Source of the DNA: a virus
Strand: one strand, 5' to 3'
Length of the DNA stretch: 64,000 bases
Virus record (IMG/VR): IMGVR_UViG_3300035180_001563
Coordinates: 32,001-96,000 of that record
Of this stretch, positions 20,137-28,819 are shown in pieces. Each line of letters begins with the position of its first letter. The stretch's first letter is position 1. Made by a program: the position numbers and the translations under genes. Under the pieces are notes generated by a model. It had not been told where the DNA came from and did no database searches. It saw nothing but the letters and a program-made list of their open reading frames with translations.

Positions 20137-21336
20137 TTAAACTGCAGAAACGCGCTTGATCTTAACTTCCATGTTTGTTGTAGATGTTACTGTTAGCACT
20201 AAATCACCACCTGATACTGTAACAGCTGCTGCAATTCCAGCAACACCAACGCCAAGCCTTAAAATTCCATATTCGTTATAATCAACATCTGCACCATTAG
20301 TTGCACCTAATACTTCAAAAGAGGACATATTAGCAGGTGTTCCTGTTTGTGTTGCGTAAACGATCCATTTAGCAACAACCGCAGTAACTGTATCTGTAAT
20401 ACTTTGTGTACCAGTTCCAACAACTTTCTTACCAGACTGTTCAACATAATCTGCAAGTGCTTGAATATTAGAATCAACAGAACTACCAGCAGTGATGATT
20501 GTATTTGTAGTTACACCAGCACCAATCGCGGAATCCAATTGTGTCAATACGTTTGTGATACTTGTTGGAGAGGTAACATTGTTAAATGTTGCTCCTGCTG
20601 CATTAAATGTACCATTAGCATTAACTAAACCACCAACGGATGTTTCAATGGCATCAACTTCTGTTTGTACGTTATTAGATTGACCCTGTAATGTAGAAAT
20701 CTGACCATTAATCGTTGTAATACTTCCATTTATTGTGGTAATATCACCTTCTACTGTAGTCATACGACCAACAAATGCTGGATCAATTGTTATTACATAA
20801 CCCACATCAGAAGAACCTGACACTGCGATCAAATTTGCTGTACCCTGCACGTTCGAGTTTGTATTATCAATTATATCAACACCACCAGATGTATTCCAGA
20901 CTAAACCGTCACCTGCATTTGCATAGAAAGCTGTACCTGCTCCAACAACGAACCAACCTGATGTTGATGCCTTATAATAATCTCCAGCGTCTTTTCCATT
21001 TGTTGGGAGAGTTGCTAAATCAAAAGGAGTTACTTGTGCAACACCAGCTGTTAACACTCCAACATAATTAAACGCATTTCCTAAGTTTGTGATTTCTGTT
21101 TGAAGATTAGTAATCTGAGAATCTACATAACTGGATGCAGCTTGTTTGGACCACTTATTGGTACCTACTCCAGCAGTAATTTTTGTATATAAATCGCCAG
21201 AACTATGATCAAGATACAACGAACCTACGGGAGCCAAACTTGGGTCACCCGCTGCTCCTGGTACACCAGCACCTTCAAGAATTTGAATATTGTCTAATTC
21301 TAAACCTTTTGTAATACGAAACATTGATAAAGCCAT
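20137..21336 (-). CDS. Virion fibre protein with coiled coil
   Basis: APVGSLYLD module, heptad stretch (ITTINGSITTINGQI), C-terminal AKWIV..FEVL..YNEYG domain. Confidence 0.6.
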   Translation of the reverse strand: MALSMFRITKGLELDNIQILEGAGVPGAAGDPSLAPVGSLYLDHSSGDLYTKITAGVGTNKWSKQAASSYVDSQITNLQTEITNLGNAFNYVGVLTAGVAQVTPFDLATLPTNGKDAGDYYKASTSGWFVVGAGTAFYANAGDGLVWNTSGGVDIIDNTNSNVQGTANLIAVSGSSDVGYVITIDPAFVGRMTTVEGDITTINGSITTINGQISTLQGQSNNVQTEVDAIETSVGGLVNANGTFNAAGATFNNVTSPTSITNVLTQLDSAIGAGVTTNTIITAGSSVDSNIQALADYVEQSGKKVVGTGTQSITDTVTAVVAKWIVYATQTGTPANMSSFEVLGATNGADVDYNEYGILRLGVGVAGIAAAVTVSGGDLVLTVTSTTNMEVKIKRVSAV

Positions 21337-21381
21337 GATAAACTCACTCCTAAAAATTTGTTATTTGGTTAATAAATTCAA

Positions 21382-21732
21382 TTACGTTGTCTTTATATTT
21401 GCTATATTTATTACAAAATCAAAACTCTCATGGTTAATTACACTAATTGTAATCAGTCCGGATTGAATACTCACTTCAAGAGTAAAATTCAAACTATCTC
21501 CCACAATACCATATGAATTGTATGAAACGGTAGTTCCCACCTTAACTGCTAAAATTTCAAATGCTTGAGCTTTAGTATTTGGTTGATCTGTGATCGTTAC
21601 AATCCATTTAGCAGATATTCCACTACTTTGGACCAGTATCGTTTGTGTATTAGGAGGGACTGTGTATGTGCTTGGGTATCCCAAAACACTACCCAAGCCA
21701 CCTTGGACTGGTTTGGATAAAACTAATGGCAT
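21382..21732 (-). CDS. Small virion protein paralogous to the C-terminal domain of 20137-21336
   Basis: SAKWIVT..AFEILA..YNSYG. Confidence 0.55.
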   Translation of the reverse strand: MPLVLSKPVQGGLGSVLGYPSTYTVPPNTQTILVQSSGISAKWIVTITDQPNTKAQAFEILAVKVGTTVSYNSYGIVGDSLNFTLEVSIQSGLITISVINHESFDFVINIANIKTT

Positions 21733-21898
21733 GTCTTTCCTTTGTAAGGATGTTATTCGTTGTTAGTGTATTTACTTCACTTTTAAAATAATTATTAGAT
21801 TTGTTTAACAAATTTAATAGGTTAAAAACATACTTCGATTCTTCTTTGTGTTTGTAAACAATAAATAATAAGAAACATTTTAAAAACAAGGAAGTCAA

Positions 21899-22522
21899 AT
21901 GAATGTCATCATTAGTTCATTCTTAACCCAAAACAACGAACCTGCGTTGGGTCTGTTACCTACAATACGTATTTGGAAAATAACTGAAACATCCCAAACA
22001 CTTGTAGTTCCTGGTAGTGGACCAGAACTAACAATGACTGAGGTTGGGGATGGTTTTTATAAATTTGATTTTACTGATACATTGGGGTTTAATTCATTAA
22101 ACACTTATGTTGCTAGAATTGATGGAGGAGTTGCATTGGATAGTACTGGAGAACGGTTCCAGGCTGTTAATATCGACCTCACTACTGCAGGTAATGCCAC
22201 TATCACACCAACAGATATCAGTACTATTGTTAATGGTGTATGGGATGCAACAGCAACAAACCATATGGTACCTGGAACAATGGGGTCATTTCAGAATGAA
22301 ACTCACGCGGATGCACAACAAACTTATATCAATGTGACTACAGCTATTAACCTAATGACAACATTATTAAAATATGAAAGAAATAGAACAAGAATAGATA
22401 AATCAGCCATGACGTTAACTGTTTACGATGATGATGGAATTACACCTATTGAAGTATTTAATCTTAGGGATTCTACGGGCAGTCCATCAGTCACTGAAGT
22501 ATGTGAACGACTTCCAGTATAA
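21899..22522 (+). CDS. Hypothetical late (probably structural) protein
   Basis: ATAAATA at 21861-21867, AAGGA RBS; MTEVGDGFYKFDF and LTVYDDDGITP motifs. Confidence 0.6.
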   Translation: MNVIISSFLTQNNEPALGLLPTIRIWKITETSQTLVVPGSGPELTMTEVGDGFYKFDFTDTLGFNSLNTYVARIDGGVALDSTGERFQAVNIDLTTAGNATITPTDISTIVNGVWDATATNHMVPGTMGSFQNETHADAQQTYINVTTAINLMTTLLKYERNRTRIDKSAMTLTVYDDDGITPIEVFNLRDSTGSPSVTEVCERLPV

Positions 22523-22533
22523 AGGAAAATATT

Positions 22534-23001
22534 GTGGATTCTATGGGTGGCATTCTTCTAAAAGGTCTTGGTGCTCCAGCATGCTGTGGATTAATATTAG
22601 CACAATTTAATCTTGCTAAGTGTTGTCAATATACAGTCACTGTAACATCACCAATACAATATGATGGAGGATCTCGACCATTGGCTCCTGGAGAAATACA
22701 TCAGTTTTACACTCCAGTGAGTCCAACAGGAAGAGTAACACCTGGAATTAAACCATTAGAATATTTAACACCATACAATCCCCCAAGGCCGGTTGATAAA
22801 ATTGTCGTCGAGTTAAAGGTTAAGGACAAAGACCCAATCGTTAAGGAATATTACGTTCCTCAATATCACTCTAAAGTTATTTTACAAGTAACCAGATTTA
22901 CAGCGGGAACTGCAGGTATTATATCGGTATCAGTTACAAATTTAAAAAATGAGTTTAAGAAAAAAATACAAGTATTCATTGATAAATTCACCAAACGATA
23001 A
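22534..23001 (+). CDS. Hypothetical protein
   Basis: AAGGA RBS plus GTG start, in operon with its neighbours. Confidence 0.5.
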   Translation: MDSMGGILLKGLGAPACCGLILAQFNLAKCCQYTVTVTSPIQYDGGSRPLAPGEIHQFYTPVSPTGRVTPGIKPLEYLTPYNPPRPVDKIVVELKVKDKDPIVKEYYVPQYHSKVILQVTRFTAGTAGIISVSVTNLKNEFKKKIQVFIDKFTKR

Positions 23002-23022
23002 ATAAACAAAAAAGGTTTAAAC

Positions 23023-23619
23023 ATGGACACTATTACCGTCAATCGTACAAAACAAACAACAGTGGAATTTGATTTAAGAGTTGAAGGAGCTTCTACAGAA
23101 GATGCCCGTTCCAGGCTTATAATTCATTGTGAAGGGTTTAATTTAATGTTTGATTGTAAGCGAGATTCTCAATCTACTTTCATAACTACTATTCCCCCTG
23201 TTTCTTTTCTCGATAGAGGAACTCATGATTGTAGCGTTGAAGTTATAATAAACGGTCAATTGTTTACTCCTCTGAAAGGTACTGTTATTGCTGTTGATGA
23301 CGTATCAGTTTCTGTGTCACCCAAATCAAACTCAAAAGATGAAAATAATGAGGAAGGTGAAGAATATGAAGAAGAGAAAGCTTCTCCTAAATCAATTTTA
23401 AATTATATGCAAAACCATGATGCTGTTGAGGAAGAAGAAACAGTAACTGAACATATTACCCCAATAATAAAAACACCAAGAAAGATTGAAAAGAAGAAGA
23501 AAAGTGTAGTTAATGAGAAGGAAGTTAAAGTACGACAAATTTTAGAGTCTATGGATCACCCCGTAAAGAAGAAAACAAGATCCATTTCTCTAAAAACTCT
23601 CACTTCAACAAAAAATTAA
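23023..23619 (+). CDS. Hypothetical protein (beta-rich N-terminus, charged tail)
   Basis: ATAAATA at 22998-23004, AAGG RBS. Confidence 0.55.
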   Translation: MDTITVNRTKQTTVEFDLRVEGASTEDARSRLIIHCEGFNLMFDCKRDSQSTFITTIPPVSFLDRGTHDCSVEVIINGQLFTPLKGTVIAVDDVSVSVSPKSNSKDENNEEGEEYEEEKASPKSILNYMQNHDAVEEEETVTEHITPIIKTPRKIEKKKKSVVNEKEVKVRQILESMDHPVKKKTRSISLKTLTSTKN

Positions 23620-24128
23620 ATCACGATTCTCATGACTTCAAGTTGATCTATCAACTTGAACAAATGTTTACACATTCCAGGTTTGTGAGAAGGATTAACA
23701 TCGGGTCTGTTTGTTTTCTTTACGTACGGAGGAGGTGGATTTCCATCCAATGAATCTTTTTGATAATTGGTTTGAGCAAATCTGTAATAAAAATCCATAC
23801 AATTACACTTCACTTTAACGTCATTTACACCTGAATTGATGGGGTGAATGTTGTAACTGGTTCCATCGGAACCATCAAATGAAACTAATCTGTTCGATGG
23901 TTGTGTCTCATAAAAAACATTTTCAAACTCAATAGAACAGTTATATCTATGTCCTCCACTATTAGCAACAGCATCAACTTTAAGCACATTAGACTTAGTA
24001 TATGGCAGCAGTTTCACGTTTGAAATGTTTATAGAGCTTACTACCTTTTGCCTTTTGGATGTATCGGGAAATGCATCTTCCGACGACTTCTGTAAATTTT
24101 TAAGCGTAAGTTCTAGTAACGTTGTCAT
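23616..24128 (-). CDS. SWIM zinc-finger protein
   Basis: VKCNCMDF...GMCKHL (CxC-xn-CxH); TATAAATA at 24147-24154. Confidence 0.7.
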   Translation of the reverse strand: MTTLLELTLKNLQKSSEDAFPDTSKRQKVVSSINISNVKLLPYTKSNVLKVDAVANSGGHRYNCSIEFENVFYETQPSNRLVSFDGSDGTSYNIHPINSGVNDVKVKCNCMDFYYRFAQTNYQKDSLDGNPPPPYVKKTNRPDVNPSHKPGMCKHLFKLIDQLEVMRIVI

Positions 24129-24167
24129 ATGAAAACCTCTTTATTGTATTTATATCAAAAATAACTG

Positions 24168-24196
24168 TTGACTGATTTGTTTTTATGTTGTATAAT
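24168..24196 (+). promoter_or_regulatory. Near-consensus sigma70 promoter with no downstream sense ORF
   Basis: TTGACT-N17-TATAAT followed by an AT-rich tract. Confidence 0.65.
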
Positions 24197-24299
24197 TACA
24201 TTGTCCCACCCGCATGTAATAACTATATAATATTTAAACTATTTTAAAACCGTTTAAAACTATTTTTTAGTATTTAACAGTTCTCTTTACCCTAATTCA

Positions 24300-25472
24300 T
24301 TACATGCCCCCAAACGGATCAAAGCTGTTCGGATCATTTGGGTCAGTAAAAGTTCCTCTAGGCTTCACATGTCCATACCCCTGAGTATAAACCATTGGTG
24401 TACCCTGCTCAGTTTCATCATACTGCTCTTGGTCATATCCATCTTCAATCTCTTCCATTTGATATAACAATTCGAATGCTTTATCTTCAAACATTGAAAT
24501 CTCCTCAATTATACGAACAATGATTAATGTTGCTGAGATGGAATCATCAGTTGAACCATATTGTGCTGCATAAGTTCCCATCTTTCGCACATATGTCTTT
24601 AGTTCTGCAAGTAAAGGTTTTGATTTCACTCCCATTTTTCCTTTAGTGATCAACTCCTTTAGATTATTACATGCTTTAGCCTTCGATTTCCCGGTTGTAG
24701 TCATTCCCAAACGCCCCTTACCGACCTCTGATACGAAATGTGCTTCGGGTGGATTATCGTCATTCTGATAAAGAGCAATAATTCCTTCCCCAACACCATT
24801 ATTCTCAACAGAGAAGTAAGCTAATGCTCCTAATCGTTCAATTGACCTTATAGCATATTTCAGAGTTTTGTATAAATCAGATGAAGAAGTGGTATTTGAT
24901 CTAAATTCACCATATTGAATTAACGATGGAAACTCAAATATTTCTATTGAACTCATATCACTACCAGTCCCTGTAGATGGATCAACGCCAATTAAAAAGT
25001 TTTGACCTTTAGTTGGCGTGTCAAACCAATGAATTCCATATTGATCTGGTTCTGGTAAGTTTTTGGTGACAATATTGTTTAATACGTGAGAACTAATCAA
25101 CAAAGCATCTGACGATAGGAAATGACAATTATGTGATAATACCCCGTTTGTCATATATGTGTGAGTTTGGGAATTAATTATATCATAAACATCTTCAACC
25201 TTATTGAAATTCACACTTTCAACTTCCACCCGACTGTGATTGTCACCAACAAGCTCTATTCCTGGATAAAGATCTTGTGTGAATACTTCTTTTGATGTGT
25301 TATATTCAAAAAAACGATGATTATGAGTAACATCAATGTAGGTTTCATTTGTAAACTTAACCCGATAGGTTTTCTTATTTTGTTGTTTTCGAATTCCATC
25401 AAATTCAACAAAACCATGTTCGGATTTAATTTTTATCCCTATATTATTTTTAATGAACTCTAAATTTTCCAT
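24300..25472 (-). CDS. terL: Terminase large subunit C-terminal part (RNase H-fold nuclease), preceded by a 115-aa C-intein
   Basis: MENLEFIK...VTHNHRF...VYDII...YMTNGVLSHN|CHFLSS, then IGVDPSTGTGSD, VENNGVG, TDDSISA. Start inferred at ATG 25472. Confidence 0.88.
   Translation of the reverse strand: MENLEFIKNNIGIKIKSEHGFVEFDGIRKQQNKKTYRVKFTNETYIDVTHNHRFFEYNTSKEVFTQDLYPGIELVGDNHSRVEVESVNFNKVEDVYDIINSQTHTYMTNGVLSHNCHFLSSDALLISSHVLNNIVTKNLPEPDQYGIHWFDTPTKGQNFLIGVDPSTGTGSDMSSIEIFEFPSLIQYGEFRSNTTSSSDLYKTLKYAIRSIERLGALAYFSVENNGVGEGIIALYQNDDNPPEAHFVSEVGKGRLGMTTTGKSKAKACNNLKELITKGKMGVKSKPLLAELKTYVRKMGTYAAQYGSTDDSISATLIIVRIIEEISMFEDKAFELLYQMEEIEDGYDQEQYDETEQGTPMVYTQGYGHVKPRGTFTDPNDPNSFDPFGGM
25128..25472 (-). 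mobile_element. Split intein C-fragment (115 aa)
   Basis: Block B-like TxxH (THNH), block F VYD, terminal SHN followed by Cys+1. Confidence 0.88.
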
Positions 25473-27000
25473 AACCAATTTTCCCACAATCCCACACTCT
25501 ATATATTCCATTATTTACACAATTTTGACTTTCTGACACCAATGGATCGTAGTGTTTTAAACGTTTTTTCAAACTTTTATGTCTAAAGTTAAATTTGTGA
25601 ACACGTTTACCTTGTTGGACATATTGGTAATCTGGTTTGAGTACTGTTATTACATCGAACCCATTACTCTTGTAAACCTGACCTGTGCTCCATCTATTAT
25701 CTGAAAATGTTGTTATTATGCGATAATCTGAATAATTGGTTTCAAAATTGTTTATTATCTTGGAGAATCCACCGATAACTCGTTGACTTGTGGCAAATCG
25801 AACAAGTTTATACTCATGGTTTTCATGCTTTGAAAATATGCTGGCGGCAACCAGTTCATTTGTGTTATTTCGTAATCCGATTACAATGCTTCCCTTACCA
25901 TCTCCCTGAACGTGGTTTAATTCAAAAAAACGTTTTCTGTCGGCCATCAAAATATTGTTGTCTATAGTGGTATTTCTTGCATACACGACTTGTTGAGTTG
26001 ACTTGTTTGTTAAATGTAGAATTTTGTTAAAAATTAGCTCTTTGTTTTTCCATTCATCCTCAAAAATAGTAAGTAATTGAATTCCTAATTCCTTACATCT
26101 TATATATTTTTGGTAATGGTAATTATTGTCTATCCGTTCATGTTTATCACTATGCCAATACAACCCACACAGTTCGATTGCTACATTAGCGTCGGGCAAA
26201 AAGAAATCAAGTTCTCTTGGCTTGATAACATCTCTATTATTTTTTGTAAAAACGATATTGTGTTCATTTAGAAAATCTGAAAGCTCCATCTCCCAATTTG
26301 AATGTTGGAACAATTTAGTTGAAAATCCATGTTTTTTAAGATGAACTCCAACTGTTCGATCTCCTACGTCCAATTCTTGAGCAATTACATATAAAGGTTT
26401 TTGTAAATTGTAATGTTGATCGTATAACCACTCTTTGTCATCCAATAACATTTTTGACTGTGGTGAAATTAACGAAGTACTGAAATTGTTGCAGTGATAT
26501 TTCTTATCTACCGTTACCTTTATTTTGTTTCTTATTATTGGTGAACTCCACGGATGTTCAACACCATATTTTGTGATATTTGTTAATTTTCTCTTTGTTG
26601 TGATTAGGTCAAGTTCTTCTTTACTTTTAGAACTCATCGTCTTTTTAAATTTGGCTCTAAAATTATCTAAATCAGATTTGGTTCTAAGTTCTTTAGAACT
26701 GGATATAGTGTTTCCTATACATTTACGGGATTTACATGTGCGTCCATACCTCATTTCATGTGGATCAAATGAACAAAGTGTTCCACATGAACAAATTTTT
26801 ATCATAGATGGGAATAATCTATCAAATAGTTCTTGATATGATGTAACGTTATGTGACTGGAGGTGTCGTAAAAATTGACCATTCTTACGACAATATGTGT
26901 TATTGTCTATAGGGGAAACTACATACTTTCCGACTAAATCTTCAGGTTTAACATTTGTGTTAGCTAGTTCCAGTGTGGGTTGATGTTGACAACAATTCAT
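25450..27000 (-). CDS. Hef-like endonuclease with GNAT-like C-terminus, inserted between the two terL fragments
   Basis: ELDFFLPDANVAIELCGLYWHSD; FSDNRWS...RVWDCG. Start moved to ATG 27000 (GGAG-AATTAT-ATG). Confidence 0.8.
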   Translation of the reverse strand: MNCCQHQPTLELANTNVKPEDLVGKYVVSPIDNNTYCRKNGQFLRHLQSHNVTSYQELFDRLFPSMIKICSCGTLCSFDPHEMRYGRTCKSRKCIGNTISSSKELRTKSDLDNFRAKFKKTMSSKSKEELDLITTKRKLTNITKYGVEHPWSSPIIRNKIKVTVDKKYHCNNFSTSLISPQSKMLLDDKEWLYDQHYNLQKPLYVIAQELDVGDRTVGVHLKKHGFSTKLFQHSNWEMELSDFLNEHNIVFTKNNRDVIKPRELDFFLPDANVAIELCGLYWHSDKHERIDNNYHYQKYIRCKELGIQLLTIFEDEWKNKELIFNKILHLTNKSTQQVVYARNTTIDNNILMADRKRFFELNHVQGDGKGSIVIGLRNNTNELVAASIFSKHENHEYKLVRFATSQRVIGGFSKIINNFETNYSDYRIITTFSDNRWSTGQVYKSNGFDVITVLKPDYQYVQQGKRVHKFNFRHKSLKKRLKHYDPLVSESQNCVNNGIYRVWDCGKIGYGKFRVH

Positions 27001-27859
27001 ATAATTCTCCAATAGTACAAGTTTTTGTATTTCCTTGCACATCCTGTATTTCTATAATCGTATTTATACTGCAACACTCGTATTCTTGCAACCATTTGAG
27101 CTCACCAATTTTCGCTGTTTCTGTTCTTTTGAATTCCTCGTCTCGTCCAGGTGGTTCATTCCACTTAATCCAAGTTGAAACAAATCCATTTATGTCCAAC
27201 TCTGCACCTCTCCATAGTTGTGCAAAGAGGTTTGAGTCCCCATTTGGGGTTGATGTTATGATACATGCACCACCTGTTGACAGTGTTGGTGAAATAGAAG
27301 TCCAGAACAATTCTTGAATGTTTGGAGGTACGAAAGCAAACTCATCGCAATACAATAATGAGATTGACATACCACGACCAGAATCTTCTGTGGTTGCTTG
27401 AGATATAATACGGCTCCCATTATCAAAACCTATACTGTGTTTATTCCATTCATCATCAGCAACTCCCGGCTTTAACCACTGGGGTAGATTTTCGTAAGCT
27501 GTTCTAGCTCTTGATATCATTTCCATGGCATTACTGTTTTTATTTGACACTATCAATATAGTTTTATCTTCATGAAAAATAGCAAACCACAAAAGATATG
27601 CTGCTGAAGTTACAGATTTACCTGTCTGTCTTGCTGATAATACTATATTGAGTCGATTTCCATTATAACTATTGATTAACTGTTCTTGATATGGATATAG
27701 ATTGAATGGAACGATACCCTTCACAGGATGTTGAATTTTTACATAATGTTTAATGAAATATACAGGGTCAACAGAACATCTCAATAATTCATGAACTTGA
27801 TCGTTAGAATATTCAACAAGTTCATGAGCTCTTTTTATATACGGATTTTTTCTAGCCAT
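26960..27859 (-). CDS. terL: Terminase large subunit N-terminal ATPase part, ending in a 38-aa N-intein
   Basis: LYPYQ, SARQTGKS (Walker A), LLYCDEFAF (Walker B), ITSTPNG, then WLQEYE|CCSINTIIEI..TIGELYELL-stop. Confidence 0.92.
   Translation of the reverse strand: MARKNPYIKRAHELVEYSNDQVHELLRCSVDPVYFIKHYVKIQHPVKGIVPFNLYPYQEQLINSYNGNRLNIVLSARQTGKSVTSAAYLLWFAIFHEDKTILIVSNKNSNAMEMISRARTAYENLPQWLKPGVADDEWNKHSIGFDNGSRIISQATTEDSGRGMSISLLYCDEFAFVPPNIQELFWTSISPTLSTGGACIITSTPNGDSNLFAQLWRGAELDINGFVSTWIKWNEPPGRDEEFKRTETAKIGELKWLQEYECCSINTIIEIQDVQGNTKTCTIGELYELLSTSTHTGTS
26963..27076 (-). mobile_element. Split intein N-fragment (38 aa, atypically short)
   Basis: Cys1 follows EYE; CxxxxTxIxI...xIxELY block A pattern. 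Confidence 0.85.
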
Positions 27860-27909
27860 ACCCCAAACCCCATCATTTTGTTCTATTTATTGTGTAAAAT
27901 AAAGGGGTA

Positions 27910-28332
27910 TCATTTGACAGTTGAGTCTTTCAACATTTTTAATAACTCATTTCTGTCCATTATTAAATTATTATTGACTGTTTTAGGTCCTGACTCTTTT
28001 GAATTTTTCTCTTTTGCAATTTTTAGTGCAGCCTTCTCCTTTGCCGCTGACAAAGCTGTATTCAAAAAAGCGTTAGCTACTTCCATATTACGTGCACTAT
28101 ACTTTGGGTCTGACTGTGTTAACAATCCAGCTTGGTCTGCAAAAGACGTCATAGCAGCATCATATACTTCTTGAAACTGACCTTCAATTTCCCTATCCTT
28201 CTCATCGTAAGAATCGATAACAACCATATCTGTTTGAACTTGCTCTACTGTAATTTCAGTAGTACCTCGTTCAATTCCAAATATAGCTTCTAGGGGATGT
28301 TCAACTGTTTTCGTTTCAATGATTGTTTTCAT
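27910..28332 (-). CDS. terS: Terminase small subunit, gp16-like
   Basis: Directly upstream of terL; ARNMEVA and TVNNNLIMDRNELLKML motifs. Confidence 0.75.
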   Translation of the reverse strand: MKTIIETKTVEHPLEAIFGIERGTTEITVEQVQTDMVVIDSYDEKDREIEGQFQEVYDAAMTSFADQAGLLTQSDPKYSARNMEVANAFLNTALSAAKEKAALKIAKEKNSKESGPKTVNNNLIMDRNELLKMLKDSTVK

Positions 28333-28369
28333 TACAAAACACCTCTTGCAAATGTTTCGTATTTATACC

Positions 28370-28819
28370 TTAATTTGTGAAGAGTTCTTTCTCAGTGAGG
28401 ATACGAAACACTACTCCATTATGATCACACCATCGTTTTGCACTTTCCCATTTTGCCACATTAATAGCATATGTTATTTGTTCGTAAAGGTTTGATCGTT
28501 TTGTAAGTTTAGTTTGACTTGCCGGCTTAATTTCAATTAACTCTTTATGCTCTTGACCATTTTTATCTTTAAATACAATAAAATAATCAGGAAAGTAATT
28601 ATGAACCTTCTGATCAGTACATTTAATATAAGGAATCGCTATAACTTCAGAACCCCAATAAGTAATATTTGGATTATTATCTAAGAATTTATTGAATTTT
28701 AATTCCCAAGAAGATCTGTACGTAATCTTATTAACATCTCCAATATATTTTTCAGGATGTTGTGGTTTATATAACCCCTGTAGATATGTTCGTTGCTTTT
28801 TAGGAGCTGGATCTTTCAT
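28370..28819 (-). CDS. gp4: Head completion nuclease, T4 gp4-like (TnsA-type)
   Basis: P.HPEKYIGD..I.YRSSWE, YFPDY, IEIKP..QT, NVAKW. Confidence 0.88.
   Translation of the reverse strand: MKDPAPKKQRTYLQGLYKPQHPEKYIGDVNKITYRSSWELKFNKFLDNNPNITYWGSEVIAIPYIKCTDQKVHNYFPDYFIVFKDKNGQEHKELIEIKPASQTKLTKRSNLYEQITYAINVAKWESAKRWCDHNGVVFRILTEKELFTN

Noticed and set aside
21689-21898. 69-aa minus-strand ORF
   Set aside because: Spans the divergent promoter region; no RBS or motif
24300-27859. terL break as a sequencing frameshift or a group I intron
   Set aside because: Both halves carry intein splice motifs at the exact junction, and the endonuclease ORF overlaps both, leaving no room for a ribozyme core
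28360-28370. 11-nt match (AGGTATAAATA) to the predicted omega-RNA guide
   Set aside because: Explained by the shared late promoter; lacks the first guide bases and an adjacent TTTAT TAM
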